DNA of 64,000 nt from Fidelibacterota bacterium UBA2242 (GCA_002347855.1 DDYE01000017.1:271685-335684), one strand, 5' to 3'. Shown: positions 50,230 through 60,444, counted from the first letter of the stretch. Notes: generated by a model from the letters alone, not told the origin. Numbers and translations are program-made.

Positions 50230-51228
50230 ATGGGTTTCAAATTCCCCAAAATAATTGTATTAATAAGTCTTGTCGGACTTTCTGATTGCAATTTTAATCT
50301 ACCAACTAATCATAGTAACGGCAATTTTGACCTCCAGACTCTACCTCAGGAAATGCTTTTATATATCCCAACTTATGATGGTTCTAATCAAGCTACTCAT
50401 CCCGATGTCCTTTTTTTCCCAGAAGGGAGGAACGGTATTTACTTTTATTTAGTCATGACACCTTACCCCTGGAGCAATAACCGCTATGAGAATCCAAGCC
50501 TGTTATTCAGTCGCAATGGAGTGAATTTTTACGAACCAGTAACAGGTCTAAACCCTTTGGTGCCCCAGCCAACTTATGACCATAACAATGATCCCGACCT
50601 TATTTTCAATCCGCTTACCGAGGCATTCAATATTTTTTATCTCGAAACAATGCGTCCCGATTCGCAAAACACGGTTCTATTAACCAGTCCCGATGGTATT
50701 AAATGGAGAAAAAAAACCGCTGTCCATTATGATTTGAAAGCTGGTGACCCTTTTATTTTGTCCCCTGCTGTAATATTTGTCGATAGTTGTTTCTATATGT
50801 TTTATGTAAAAGCCCAGAGCACAACTCAAACTGAAATCAATTATATTACCAGCCCTGACGGTGAAAAATGGGAAAAAGATAGTGTTAATAGGGTATCGAC
50901 CAATTTTTCCGCCCAATTTGCACCCTGGCATCTGGATGTTTTTCGGGATGAAAATTATTTCTATATGTTATGTTGTGGACCCTATAAAGATTTGAATCTC
51001 TATTTAGGACAGTCAACCGATTTACAGAATTGGAAATTTTTAGAAGAGCCAATTATCAGAAGGTCAAAGAATTTTTACGACAGTGAAAGAATATACCGCA
51101 GTTCTGGTATTGTCCAGGATAATCTTTTGGTGGTTTATTTTTCACTCCGTACAAATTTGGGACAATGGAGAATCGGTTTGAAGAAATTTTCTTTGATGGA
51201 ACTTTTTAAAAATGATTTGCACCAATAA
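50230..51228 (+). CDS. Hypothetical secreted/lipoprotein-like protein (possible beta-propeller glycoside-hydrolase-like fold) inside the polysaccharide locus
   Basis: A signal peptide with Cys at 20. Aromatic- and Asn-rich with Trp/Tyr periodicity. No confident family assignment. Confidence 0.35.
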   Translation: MGFKFPKIIVLISLVGLSDCNFNLPTNHSNGNFDLQTLPQEMLLYIPTYDGSNQATHPDVLFFPEGRNGIYFYLVMTPYPWSNNRYENPSLLFSRNGVNFYEPVTGLNPLVPQPTYDHNNDPDLIFNPLTEAFNIFYLETMRPDSQNTVLLTSPDGIKWRKKTAVHYDLKAGDPFILSPAVIFVDSCFYMFYVKAQSTTQTEINYITSPDGEKWEKDSVNRVSTNFSAQFAPWHLDVFRDENYFYMLCCGPYKDLNLYLGQSTDLQNWKFLEEPIIRRSKNFYDSERIYRSSGIVQDNLLVVYFSLRTNLGQWRIGLKKFSLMELFKNDLHQ

Positions 51229-51393
51229 AAAGACTTGCAGTATAATCATAAAGCTTGTATATTAAATTAGTATGTGGAAAGATAGAGGTAAATAAAACGC
51301 ATTGATAGCCGTCATATCTATCTGAATTCACTTTACTGACATTACTTCCCAGATAACTAAAGCAGAGTGAATAACTAACAAGATCGCATAATC

Positions 51394-53979
51394 TTGGCAA
51401 AAAGTGTCATTTTAGCTGGAGGAATTATTGTGCTTAGTTGGCTGATTATGATTTTATTGATTACCTTTTTAGCGGCACTCTTTTTCACCCGAGTTGCCCG
51501 CTCGATTGCGCTCAAATATCACATCGGTGATATGCCCAATGCCCGCAAAGTGCATAAAACCTTTATGCCCTATCTAGGAGGAGCAGCCATACTCCTGGCG
51601 ATAATTCTCGGGACGATTTTGTCGGTATATATCTTACCTGACGTTGCTGGTCCTGTGCCAAGGCGTTACTATTTCTTAGGAATAACTGCGGTAGCTATTG
51701 CCTTGGTTGGGCTTTATGATGATTTAAAAAAATTACGCTTCACGACAAAATTTTACTGCCAGTTTATCGCTGCCATGGTAGTGATCGCGGGTGGTTTGCG
51801 CTTTACCTCTATTTATATTCCGTATATCGGTGATATTTACCTGGGGTGGAGCGGGTACATATTTACCCTGCTTTGGATAATATTTATTACCAATGCCATG
51901 AATTTATTGGATGGCTTGGACGGCTTGGCAGCTGGTGTCTCATCGATTATTTTTCTGACTTTTGCTATCATTGCGTTGCATAGTGGGCGAACACTGGTAG
52001 CGCTTGTCAATTTATTACTGATTGCTGCTAACTTAGGATTTTTGAAATATAACTACCATCCGGCTACTATTTTTATGGGAGACACGGGTTCCCTCTTCCT
52101 GGGATTTGCCACGGCGATTATTTCGCTGGAAATAGGACGCATTGGAGAAAGTGACCATCTGAATGTCATTCTTCCTTTGACTGTGATGGCGATGCCAGTA
52201 TTAGATACAACTATTGCTTTTTTCAGACGAGCCAGTAAACGCATGCATCCTTTTAAAGCCGATAAAGAGCATATTCATCATCGTCTAATGTCGATAGGAT
52301 TTTCGCATAAAAATGCTGTCAAGGTCATCTATTTTATTAGTGCCTGTACTGGTCTGATGGGACTTTCTTTCATCTTTTTGGACCGAAAGGGAATCATCAC
52401 TGCACTTTTCTGCGGATTGGTCTTCACGATGATACTAATACGTCGGCTGGGATATTTTGAAATTGAGAAGAATTTAATTGTCGTGCCCAATAGCAATGGT
52501 AATGGGAACAGTTCCACTAATGGATTATTAAATGGCAATGGTCACAAAGAGCAAAAATTTATTCCTTTCGATACTTCGCAATTTGTTCAGGCGGCGCTCT
52601 TTTTCTTGAGCGATGCAATCTTCTGTTGTTTAACCTTTCTACTGGTCTATTTCTATGAAATCAAGGTAATGCTGCCCTCTAACAGTGCTCTTGCGCCTTA
52701 TGATTTAAGCTTATGGATGGTTTGGTCGGTTTTGTACTGGAGCATTTTGCTTGGTTTAAATAATCTCTATCATATTGAATGGGACACCTCGCGCATTGAT
52801 GAAATCTTCTCAGTTTTTAAAATAGTCTTTTTCGGTACGGTAGTCCTCTTTTTCCTGAGTTTTGAAATAAAAATTCCCTTTCTCGTCTCTCGCCGCGTAT
52901 TTCTGCCTTATGGTATTCTATTAACGATTGGTCTCGGCCTCGGACGTATCCTGCTGATTTCCTTTTTAAAATCCAGAGAGATTTTAGAGTTCAAGAAAAG
53001 ACCGACTATTATTATTGGACTCTCCAATTCTGCTATGAATGTCGTTAAAAAAATCAACAATATGCCCGTTCTCAAATTTCAATTGGTTGGTTTTATTGAT
53101 GATAAAAACAATGGCAATGTCGGGCAGGTAATTCAAAATCTTCCCGTATTGGGCAATTACGCCGATATTCCGCAAGTGATTAAAAAATACAAAATCAAGG
53201 AAGTCATAATTGCTATTGATGACAACGACATCAATAAAGTCATGGATTTGATTGCCTGGTTCTGTCAATACAATGTTTCGATTAAATTAGTGCCAGATTT
53301 TTACAACCTGCTGACTGGTTTTAAAACTGCTCATATTTATGGTATTTCGCTGATAAAATTTTTTGACTCCAATATGAAAACCTGGGAATGGGTGCTCAAG
53401 CGTCTAATCGACATCATCATTTCCCTCATTGTGTTAATCGTATTTGCACCGTTCTGGCTGATTATCAGCATCATTATCAAACTGGATTCGCCTGGACCCG
53501 TCTTTTATCGTCAGAAACGGGTAGGCAAGAATCGTCAGGAATATGAATTAATCAAATTTCGCTCCATGGTTCAAAATGCTGAGGAATTGACCGGACCAAA
53601 ATGGGCGGAGAAAGATGATCCGCGGGTGACCCGTTTTGGGCGCTTTTTGCGTAAATATGGCTTGGATGAAATTCCGCAATTTTTCAATGTTCTGATTGGT
53701 GATATGAGCATTGTTGGTCCTCGTCCAGAGCGTCCCTTTTTCGTCAATGAGCTGGAGCATTCGATTCAATTTTATTCACGCCGCTTGATTGTCAAGCCTG
53801 GTATTACGGGTTGGGCTCAGATTAAATATAAGTACGATGAGACCATCGAAGATGTGCGTGAGAAATTACGCTATGATTTATATTATATTGAGAATATGTC
53901 GGTGCTGCTCGATTTAAAAATAATTGTTCGAACTCTATTGGTCGGTCTGCGCAAAAAGCATCATATTGCTTACGTCTAA
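51394..53979 (+). CDS. Fused phosphoglycosyltransferase: N-terminal WecA/MraY-family (polytopic) joined to a full WbaP-type (TM region, CoA-binding-like domain, monotopic catalytic domain)
   Basis: The N-half carries YDDLKK (DDxxD), [21 protein letters not shown] and HIHHR, all MraY/WecA motifs. The C-half carries TIIIGLSN...LVGFIDD and [17 protein letters not shown]...[35 protein letters not shown]. Total length is 861 aa. Confidence 0.75.
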   Translation: MAKSVILAGGIIVLSWLIMILLITFLAALFFTRVARSIALKYHIGDMPNARKVHKTFMPYLGGAAILLAIILGTILSVYILPDVAGPVPRRYYFLGITAVAIALVGLYDDLKKLRFTTKFYCQFIAAMVVIAGGLRFTSIYIPYIGDIYLGWSGYIFTLLWIIFITNAMNLLDGLDGLAAGVSSIIFLTFAIIALHSGRTLVALVNLLLIAANLGFLKYNYHPATIFMGDTGSLFLGFATAIISLEIGRIGESDHLNVILPLTVMAMPVLDTTIAFFRRASKRMHPFKADKEHIHHRLMSIGFSHKNAVKVIYFISACTGLMGLSFIFLDRKGIITALFCGLVFTMILIRRLGYFEIEKNLIVVPNSNGNGNSSTNGLLNGNGHKEQKFIPFDTSQFVQAALFFLSDAIFCCLTFLLVYFYEIKVMLPSNSALAPYDLSLWMVWSVLYWSILLGLNNLYHIEWDTSRIDEIFSVFKIVFFGTVVLFFLSFEIKIPFLVSRRVFLPYGILLTIGLGLGRILLISFLKSREILEFKKRPTIIIGLSNSAMNVVKKINNMPVLKFQLVGFIDDKNNGNVGQVIQNLPVLGNYADIPQVIKKYKIKEVIIAIDDNDINKVMDLIAWFCQYNVSIKLVPDFYNLLTGFKTAHIYGISLIKFFDSNMKTWEWVLKRLIDIIISLIVLIVFAPFWLIISIIIKLDSPGPVFYRQKRVGKNRQEYELIKFRSMVQNAEELTGPKWAEKDDPRVTRFGRFLRKYGLDEIPQFFNVLIGDMSIVGPRPERPFFVNELEHSIQFYSRRLIVKPGITGWAQIKYKYDETIEDVREKLRYDLYYIENMSVLLDLKIIVRTLLVGLRKKHHIAYV

Positions 53980-54025
53980 TATTCTCTAAGGGTTTCGCAT
54001 AAAAATTCCTCACGTGATGGTAAAA

Positions 54026-54076
54026 TTTTTCGGAAGGCTATTTATTATCCTATTTTGATTCCGAAAAAATTTTTAT
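54026..54076 (+). terminator. Terminator-like long hairpin (10-bp stem tttttcggaa/ttccgaaaaa, 23-nt loop, T-rich tail) at the end of the polysaccharide locus
   Basis: Inverted repeat seen directly. The T-tract TTTTTATTTTA follows. Confidence 0.35.
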
Positions 54077-54102
54077 TTTATGCCGTCAATCTTGGAGAAT
54101 TC

Positions 54103-55380
54103 ATGTTAGACTTGAAAGCTATACGTTCTGAACCTGAAAAATTCCTGCGGTTATTAGAAGCCAAAGGCGCTGCTGAGAACTTGAACCGGCTCCTCGACCT
54201 GGATTACCAGCGGCGTCAGTTAGTGACAAAAACCGATGAGTTAAAAAGTCTGCGCAATCGCGTAAGCGACGAGATAGCCCGGTTAAAAAGAGCGGGAGCA
54301 GCAGCTGAAGATAAAATTAAAGAAATGAAATCCGTCAGCCTGCAGATAAAAGAGCAGGATGAGCAAATCCGCTCACTTGAAGAGCAAATTCACCAGATAT
54401 TAATCACACTCCCCAATATACCCCACGCTTCTGTTAAAATAGGACGAAGCGCGGCTGACAACGAGGTGGTAAAAATCTGGGGAGAGGTGCCGACTTACGA
54501 TTTTCCACTTAAAGATCATCTCGATTTAGCGGAGAATCTTGGTATTATTGATTTCAAGCGGGCGGCGAAAATTTCGGGAACTGGTTTCCCGCTTTATGTC
54601 GGAGACGGGGCAGTTTTGGAGCGGGCGCTAGTAAATTTCATGCTGGATTTTCATCGTAAAAAACACGGCTACCGTGAAGTTTTTCCACCATTTCTGGTCA
54701 ATCGTGATTCTGCCTTCAGTACCGGTCAATTGCCTAAACTCGAAGAAGATATGTACTTGACCAGTGAAGATGACTTATTCTTAATTCCAACTGCCGAGGT
54801 TCCGGTCACCAATATTCATCGCGACGAAATCATACCTGAAAACAAGTTGCCAATCAAATATGTCGCCTATTCCGGCTGTTTCCGTCGGGAAGCTGGTTCT
54901 TATGGCAAAGAGACGCGCGGTCTTTCTCGGGTGCATCAATTTAATAAAGTCGAATTGGTCTGGTTCACGATCCCGGAAACATCCTATGACGTTCATGAGA
55001 AGTTACTGCAAGATGCTGAGGAAATTTTACAAGCATTAAATTTACACTATCGAGTTGTCTCACTGTGCTCGGGTGATTTGAGTTTTGCGGCAGCAAAATG
55101 CTATGATATTGAAGTCTGGGCGCCTGGGACAGGTAAATATTTTGAGGTTTCAAGCGTTAGTAACTTTGAGGATTTTCAGGCTCGACGGGCAAATATTCGT
55201 TACCGCCGCTCGGGCGATAATAGAGTTGGTTATGTGCATACCCTGAATGGTTCCGGAGTAGCAACACCCCGACTGATGATTGCCCTTTTGGAGACCTATC
55301 AGACTGACGAGGGAACAATCGTAGTTCCGGAAGCTCTGCAACCTTATACTGGTTTTAGTTTGATTAAAACTACGGTTTGA
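54103..55380 (+). CDS. serS: Seryl-tRNA synthetase
   Basis: MLDLKAIRSEPE is the canonical start, followed by a coiled-coil arm. Class II motifs include FRREAGS and GSGVATPRL. Confidence 0.9.
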   Translation: MLDLKAIRSEPEKFLRLLEAKGAAENLNRLLDLDYQRRQLVTKTDELKSLRNRVSDEIARLKRAGAAAEDKIKEMKSVSLQIKEQDEQIRSLEEQIHQILITLPNIPHASVKIGRSAADNEVVKIWGEVPTYDFPLKDHLDLAENLGIIDFKRAAKISGTGFPLYVGDGAVLERALVNFMLDFHRKKHGYREVFPPFLVNRDSAFSTGQLPKLEEDMYLTSEDDLFLIPTAEVPVTNIHRDEIIPENKLPIKYVAYSGCFRREAGSYGKETRGLSRVHQFNKVELVWFTIPETSYDVHEKLLQDAEEILQALNLHYRVVSLCSGDLSFAAAKCYDIEVWAPGTGKYFEVSSVSNFEDFQARRANIRYRRSGDNRVGYVHTLNGSGVATPRLMIALLETYQTDEGTIVVPEALQPYTGFSLIKTTV

Positions 55381-56039
55381 TGTCAATTCGCAATCAAAGG
55401 CAAATTCTTTGTGAGTATGGACATAAGATCTATGCTCATGGTTTTGTAGCGGCTAACGATGGTAACCTGAGTGTGCGACTTGACGACAAACGTATTTTGA
55501 TAACGCCGACCCTGCTCTCAAAGAGTGATTTACGACCGCGTGATTTGATCGTACTTGATTACGAAGGTAAGATAATTCGAGGCAAGGCACCCTCTTCCGA
55601 ATATCGTTTGCATCTGGCTATTTATCGTCAGCGTTCGGATGTTGGAGCGATAATTCATACTCATCCACCTTATGCAACAGCTTTTGCGGTCAGTGGAATG
55701 GAATTGCGAGAGTTATTTTTGCCGGAGATGATAGTGACGATTGGCAAGATTCCCCTGGTACCGTATGCGCCACCTTCCAGCCAGCAATTGGCGGATGCTG
55801 CCGCGCAATATATGATAGATTACGATGTCGTTCTGCTCCAGAACCATGGTTTGGTCGCAGTTGGCTCTAATCTTTCGGAAGCTTATGCTCGTACCGAGAG
55901 AAGTGAGCATTGCTTACAGATTTACTTTATAGCGCGAATAATGGGAAATATAAGGCAACTGACTGATGACGAGGTTGAGGAACTCTTAAATTTATATTCC
56001 GTTAATCCTCGGATTAGAAATCTTATACAGAAGAGGTAA
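55377..56039 (+). CDS. Class II aldolase/adducin-family protein
   Basis: IHTHPPYATAFAV matches the zinc-binding His motif of the fuculose-1-P aldolase / MTRu-1-P dehydratase fold. Confidence 0.75.
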   Translation: MMSIRNQRQILCEYGHKIYAHGFVAANDGNLSVRLDDKRILITPTLLSKSDLRPRDLIVLDYEGKIIRGKAPSSEYRLHLAIYRQRSDVGAIIHTHPPYATAFAVSGMELRELFLPEMIVTIGKIPLVPYAPPSSQQLADAAAQYMIDYDVVLLQNHGLVAVGSNLSEAYARTERSEHCLQIYFIARIMGNIRQLTDDEVEELLNLYSVNPRIRNLIQKR

Positions 56040-56041
56040 GC

Positions 56042-56752
56042 ATGATTCGTAAATCCTGGGCTGTACTTGCTCTGGGCTCAACTGTGGCGCTTTATGGTGG
56101 AGTTAGTATTGCCTATCCTCCCGCTTATGACTATTTAGCACCGCGCTGGGCACGCCTATTATTAAAAATCTTACGAATTAAACTGCATATCCATGGACTT
56201 GAGTATCTCAAAGGTAATACGCCGGCTATTTTTGTGATGAATCACGAAAGTGCGCTTGATCCAGTTGCCGTTATGGCAGCACTGCCCGTCAGACATCGCT
56301 CCCTGGCAAAAAAGGAACTGTTCAATTTGCCAATCTTAGGATGGATAATGACTCTCGTGCGTCATATTCCAGTTGATCGCCAGAATCCGCGCCGGGCGGT
56401 AGATGTCATTAATCGGATAACTCACGAGGTCATTCAACGAAAAATAAGTTTGGTAGTAAGTCCAGAAGGTACACGCAGCCGTGATGGTCAGCTGGGACAG
56501 TTTAAAAAGGGTGCTTTTCGTCTGGCAGAACGCTATAATTTGCCCTTAATTCCGATTACAATTTTGGGCGCCGGTGAGTGTCTCCCAACCAAAACTCTGG
56601 AATTAAGACCGGGAATTATCGAGGTTTATCTCGGACAACCGATACATTTAAGTGACTTTCCCAGTATGACCGATTGTATCGAGTATATTCGTCAAAAAAT
56701 GATTGCCGCTAAGGCACATCATCTTGCAAGAAAGGGCGAGAAGGATGTTTAA
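56042..56752 (+). CDS. plsC: 1-acyl-sn-glycerol-3-phosphate acyltransferase
   Basis: FVMNHESALDP is the HX4D motif. Also VSPEGTRS. Confidence 0.8.
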   Translation: MIRKSWAVLALGSTVALYGGVSIAYPPAYDYLAPRWARLLLKILRIKLHIHGLEYLKGNTPAIFVMNHESALDPVAVMAALPVRHRSLAKKELFNLPILGWIMTLVRHIPVDRQNPRRAVDVINRITHEVIQRKISLVVSPEGTRSRDGQLGQFKKGAFRLAERYNLPLIPITILGAGECLPTKTLELRPGIIEVYLGQPIHLSDFPSMTDCIEYIRQKMIAAKAHHLARKGEKDV

Positions 56753-58097
56753 TTGCTATCTCTATCGGCTGGAAGAACCGGCTCCCCGCTTGAGACGTCC
56801 CGAGAAATTGCTCTATCTAAACTGGCTAAATCAAAATTTTCCGCAGAATAATCTAAAAACGACTAAAGGAATAGCCTTGAGCATTATCGCTCCCGGCAAG
56901 CGCAATGAACTCGAAGGTCCCGATTTTAAAGATGCTATGATTCTTTTGGGGGGTGAGATTTGCAAAGGTGATATTGAGATTCACTGGAAAAGCTCGGATT
57001 GGTACGCTCACGGTCACAGTCAGGATGACCTTTATAATAATGTAATTCTGCATGTCGTTGCTAACCATGATACTTCAGACATCAGGACGAAGAGTGGTAA
57101 AATATTGCCCACTTTTATCCTAACCCAGCTGGTCGAAATCCCGAGAAGCGAGCCACCCTGTCTAACCTGGCAAAATATTGCCGAGACAGAGGTCCACAAC
57201 GTCATCCAGAATTTGAATCGCCTACGCTGGCAACGCAAAAGTCAGAACTGGCAAAATGCCATCGAATGTAACGGCGCGGAAGAGGCTTTCTATCAAGGTT
57301 GGGTGGATGTCCTGGGTTATAGTCAAAATCGGCAAGCTTTTCGGCAATTCGCGCGGATTCTTCCCCTTGAAAAAATCTATTACCTGCTTGGAAGCACCAA
57401 CCGTGACCCTATCCCGCTGCTGGAAGCCGTTTTTTTTGGAACAGCCGGTTTCCTTGATGATAAACTGCCACCTAATCTCAACTGCGATTCGCTATATTTT
57501 CAAACCCTCACTAAGGATTGGCATCACTTTCAATCAGAATATGGATTACGATGCGCCCAGGATTTACCCTGGCATTTTGCCGGAACACGCCCGGCTAATT
57601 ATCCGCACAAACGCCTGGCAGCCTTAGCCCAATGCCTTGTCAAACTATTTCCAGCTTATCCCGGTCAGACGTTCATCAGCCAGATTAAAATGGCGCCAAA
57701 TTATCAACGCTTTTATGAGTGGACGGTCGATTTATTACAGCAACCGGAAGGGTTATGGAAGAATCATCCTCTATTTATTCACCAGCGCAGTCAGGTTCTG
57801 ATGGGTACGGAGAGATTGAACGATTTCTTGACAAACCTCGTTTTACCATATTGCCGAGCTATCGCCATTCTGGAAAAAGATTCCGCCCTCATGGAAAAGG
57901 CAGTCCTCTTTTCAGAACAGGTGGCGCTGGGAGAGTTACCGCAGACAATTCGCACTTTTTACACTCGACTGAAGATAGATCTGGCTTCTACTAAATGCAA
58001 CTGGATGGTTCAGGGTGCAATTGAATTCAATCAACGTTTCTGTGAATTAAATTTATGCAATTTATGTCCATTGGAAGCTTATGTTACCCACCAATAA
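56745..58097 (+). CDS. DUF2851-family protein
   Basis: EIHWKSSDWYAHGHSQDDLYNNVILHVV matches the DUF2851 signature as recalled. Start chosen at the internal Met overlapping the plsC stop. Confidence 0.5.
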   Translation: MFNCYLYRLEEPAPRLRRPEKLLYLNWLNQNFPQNNLKTTKGIALSIIAPGKRNELEGPDFKDAMILLGGEICKGDIEIHWKSSDWYAHGHSQDDLYNNVILHVVANHDTSDIRTKSGKILPTFILTQLVEIPRSEPPCLTWQNIAETEVHNVIQNLNRLRWQRKSQNWQNAIECNGAEEAFYQGWVDVLGYSQNRQAFRQFARILPLEKIYYLLGSTNRDPIPLLEAVFFGTAGFLDDKLPPNLNCDSLYFQTLTKDWHHFQSEYGLRCAQDLPWHFAGTRPANYPHKRLAALAQCLVKLFPAYPGQTFISQIKMAPNYQRFYEWTVDLLQQPEGLWKNHPLFIHQRSQVLMGTERLNDFLTNLVLPYCRAIAILEKDSALMEKAVLFSEQVALGELPQTIRTFYTRLKIDLASTKCNWMVQGAIEFNQRFCELNLCNLCPLEAYVTHQ

Positions 58098-58563
58098 AAT
58101 AATTTCAAGAGAAGAAGCCCACCAGATTGCTGAACAGCTACATGAGGCAAAGCAGCCTATCGTATTTACTAATGGCTGCTTTGATTTATTACATCGTGGT
58201 CATATCGAATTGTTGCACTTTGCCAAAGAGCAGGGCAAGGTCTTATTCGTCGGGCTCAACTCAGATTCTTCGGTGCAGCGCTTAAAAGGCACCAGGCGTC
58301 CGATCAATTCTCAAGACGATCGTGCAGCAATTTTAGCAGCTATAGAATATGTTGACTATGTCGTCATTTTTTATGAAGATACACCTTTTGAACTAATTGC
58401 CGTTATCCAGCCTGATGTTTTAGTTAAAGGTGGTGATTATGAGCCGCATGAGATTGTAGGGCGCGATATAGTCGAAGGTCGTGGCGGTAAAGTCTTAGTT
58501 TTTCCCTTAATAAATGGTTTCTCTTCCACCCAGCTTTTAAAAAAATTAATGAATAATTTCTAA
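58081..58563 (+). CDS. rfaE2: D-glycero-beta-D-manno-heptose-1-phosphate adenylyltransferase-like (RfaE domain II / cytidylyltransferase fold)
   Basis: VFTNGCFDLLHRGHIELLHFAKEQGKVLFVGLNSDSSVQRLKG gives the HxGH nucleotidyltransferase motif. Confidence 0.7.
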   Translation: MLPTNKIISREEAHQIAEQLHEAKQPIVFTNGCFDLLHRGHIELLHFAKEQGKVLFVGLNSDSSVQRLKGTRRPINSQDDRAAILAAIEYVDYVVIFYEDTPFELIAVIQPDVLVKGGDYEPHEIVGRDIVEGRGGKVLVFPLINGFSSTQLLKKLMNNF

Positions 58564-58629
58564 AAACGCCTTGATTTTGTCGTCCAGAAAAGCTAATTTT
58601 AAAGACGAAAACCTTAGATTAGGAGTAGC

Positions 58630-60444
58630 ATGAAAATCTTGAAAATGACAAAATATCCTGCCATCTTTTGTTGCCTGATAATGATTGCAAATTATTCCTA
58701 CAGCCAGGTAAAGCCTACCTTAGATCTATCACCTCGAACAGCGCTTGCTAATGACAACAAAGAAGAAAATGGTAATGGCAATCAAGATATTTTTGATTTA
58801 CTCATCAGTGAAGCCAAAACTTTTTACGTGGATGCACTAATTTCTGCCTATTTTAAAGATACTTCCGAAGCAAAGTATTGCTTCGATCGCGTTTTTGAAA
58901 TTATTGCCGAAATTAGTGATTTAGATACATTGACATTGTTACAGCAGGATGATTTTAATCGCTTTTACGAAAAAGTCTCCAGCGATTTTCAGCAAAATTA
59001 CGCTTATTTGAATAGCGATTCGGGCACCTACGGCGCGGAACTGCTGCGGGAAGAGATTTTCGAGACGGTAATTGATTCCGTGGAAATTGGTAATGATACT
59101 TTGATTGTCTTAGATGACCGACCAGGGCATATCCCCCTGGTGCGCTCCCGCAAAATCGACCGTATTACCGATTTCATCTGCGGACGCGAATCGTGGCGTT
59201 TTCAGCAATACTTAGATAATAGCGGTTATTATCGGGATCATATTATGCCGATATTGGCACAGTACGGTTTGCCGGAGGAATTGTTTTACCTGCCGCTTAT
59301 TGAGAGCGGCTTTAATCCTAATGCCTATTCTTACGCCCATGCCGCCGGAATGTGGCAATTTATTGCGGGCACTGGAGCGCGTTATGGGTTAAAGCGTAAC
59401 TGGTGGATTGATGAAAGACGTGATCCTATCAAATCTACCCATGCGGCTGCCAAATATTTGAAAAAATTATACGAAGAATTCAATGACTGGTTTTTAGCTC
59501 TGGCGGCTTACAATGCAGGCGAACTTAGAATCTGGCGAGCAATTAAGCGCGAAGGAACACGGGATTACTGGAAATTGAAATCCTTGCCGCAACAAACGCG
59601 TGATTATGTTCCGACTTTCATGGCGAGTATGCTGGTTGCCAAAAATCCAGAAAAATATGGTTTTACTAATTCACCCAAAGATAAATGGGAGTGGGACGAG
59701 GTACCGGTTAGCAGTTCTTATGAATTTGACGCTATTGCCCGTGCCTGTGGGGTCAGCGTCGAGGAAATCCGACGCCTCAATCCGGAGCTACGCCGCTGGG
59801 TCACACCTCCCAATGAACCAAACTATATTCTGCGCGTCCCGGTCGGTAAGGGCGATAGCCTGATCGCAAAATTAAAGCAGCTTCCGCCTGCCATTGCGGA
59901 AAAGAGAACGGAATGGCTGACCCATAAGGTAAAAAAAGGGCAAACCCTTCACAGTATCTCCAATAAATATGGGGTCACTATATCGGCAATTGTAGCTGCC
60001 AATCACATTAAACGTCCCAGTCAGTTGCGAGTTGGTCAGATGCTTGTTATCCCCACCGATCGCTATTATGCTGCTCCCCGTACGAGTAGCGAAGATGTCG
60101 TTTTTACTCATACTGTCCAAAAGGGAGAATCACTCAGCTTAATTGCCAAAAAATATAATACCAGTGTTACCAAGATTCGTTCTCTCAACAATTTACAAGA
60201 TGATATTATCCAACCAGGGACTATCTTAAAAGTCAGGGGGACGAAGGCAGCCATCGAAGCCACTGCCTCGACCTCAAACGAGACGAAAAAAATAATCCAC
60301 ATTGTAGCAAAGGGGGAGACGCTTGGGGAGATTGCTGCTAAATACAATGTCAGTGTTAGTAATATACGGGCCTGGAATAATTTAGAAGGGCATATTATCT
60401 ACCCGAAACAAAAAATTATCATCTATCGTCCTGAATCTAGCTAA
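58630..60444 (+). CDS. mltD: Membrane-bound lytic murein transglycosylase D-like (SLT domain plus three LysM repeats)
   Basis: Signal peptide present. The SLT core is ESGFNPNAYSYAHAAGMWQF. Three LysM repeats follow (HKVKKGQTLHSIS..., HTVQKGESLSLIA..., HIVAKGETLGEIA...). Confidence 0.8.
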   Translation: MKILKMTKYPAIFCCLIMIANYSYSQVKPTLDLSPRTALANDNKEENGNGNQDIFDLLISEAKTFYVDALISAYFKDTSEAKYCFDRVFEIIAEISDLDTLTLLQQDDFNRFYEKVSSDFQQNYAYLNSDSGTYGAELLREEIFETVIDSVEIGNDTLIVLDDRPGHIPLVRSRKIDRITDFICGRESWRFQQYLDNSGYYRDHIMPILAQYGLPEELFYLPLIESGFNPNAYSYAHAAGMWQFIAGTGARYGLKRNWWIDERRDPIKSTHAAAKYLKKLYEEFNDWFLALAAYNAGELRIWRAIKREGTRDYWKLKSLPQQTRDYVPTFMASMLVAKNPEKYGFTNSPKDKWEWDEVPVSSSYEFDAIARACGVSVEEIRRLNPELRRWVTPPNEPNYILRVPVGKGDSLIAKLKQLPPAIAEKRTEWLTHKVKKGQTLHSISNKYGVTISAIVAANHIKRPSQLRVGQMLVIPTDRYYAAPRTSSEDVVFTHTVQKGESLSLIAKKYNTSVTKIRSLNNLQDDIIQPGTILKVRGTKAAIEATASTSNETKKIIHIVAKGETLGEIAAKYNVSVSNIRAWNNLEGHIIYPKQKIIIYRPESS

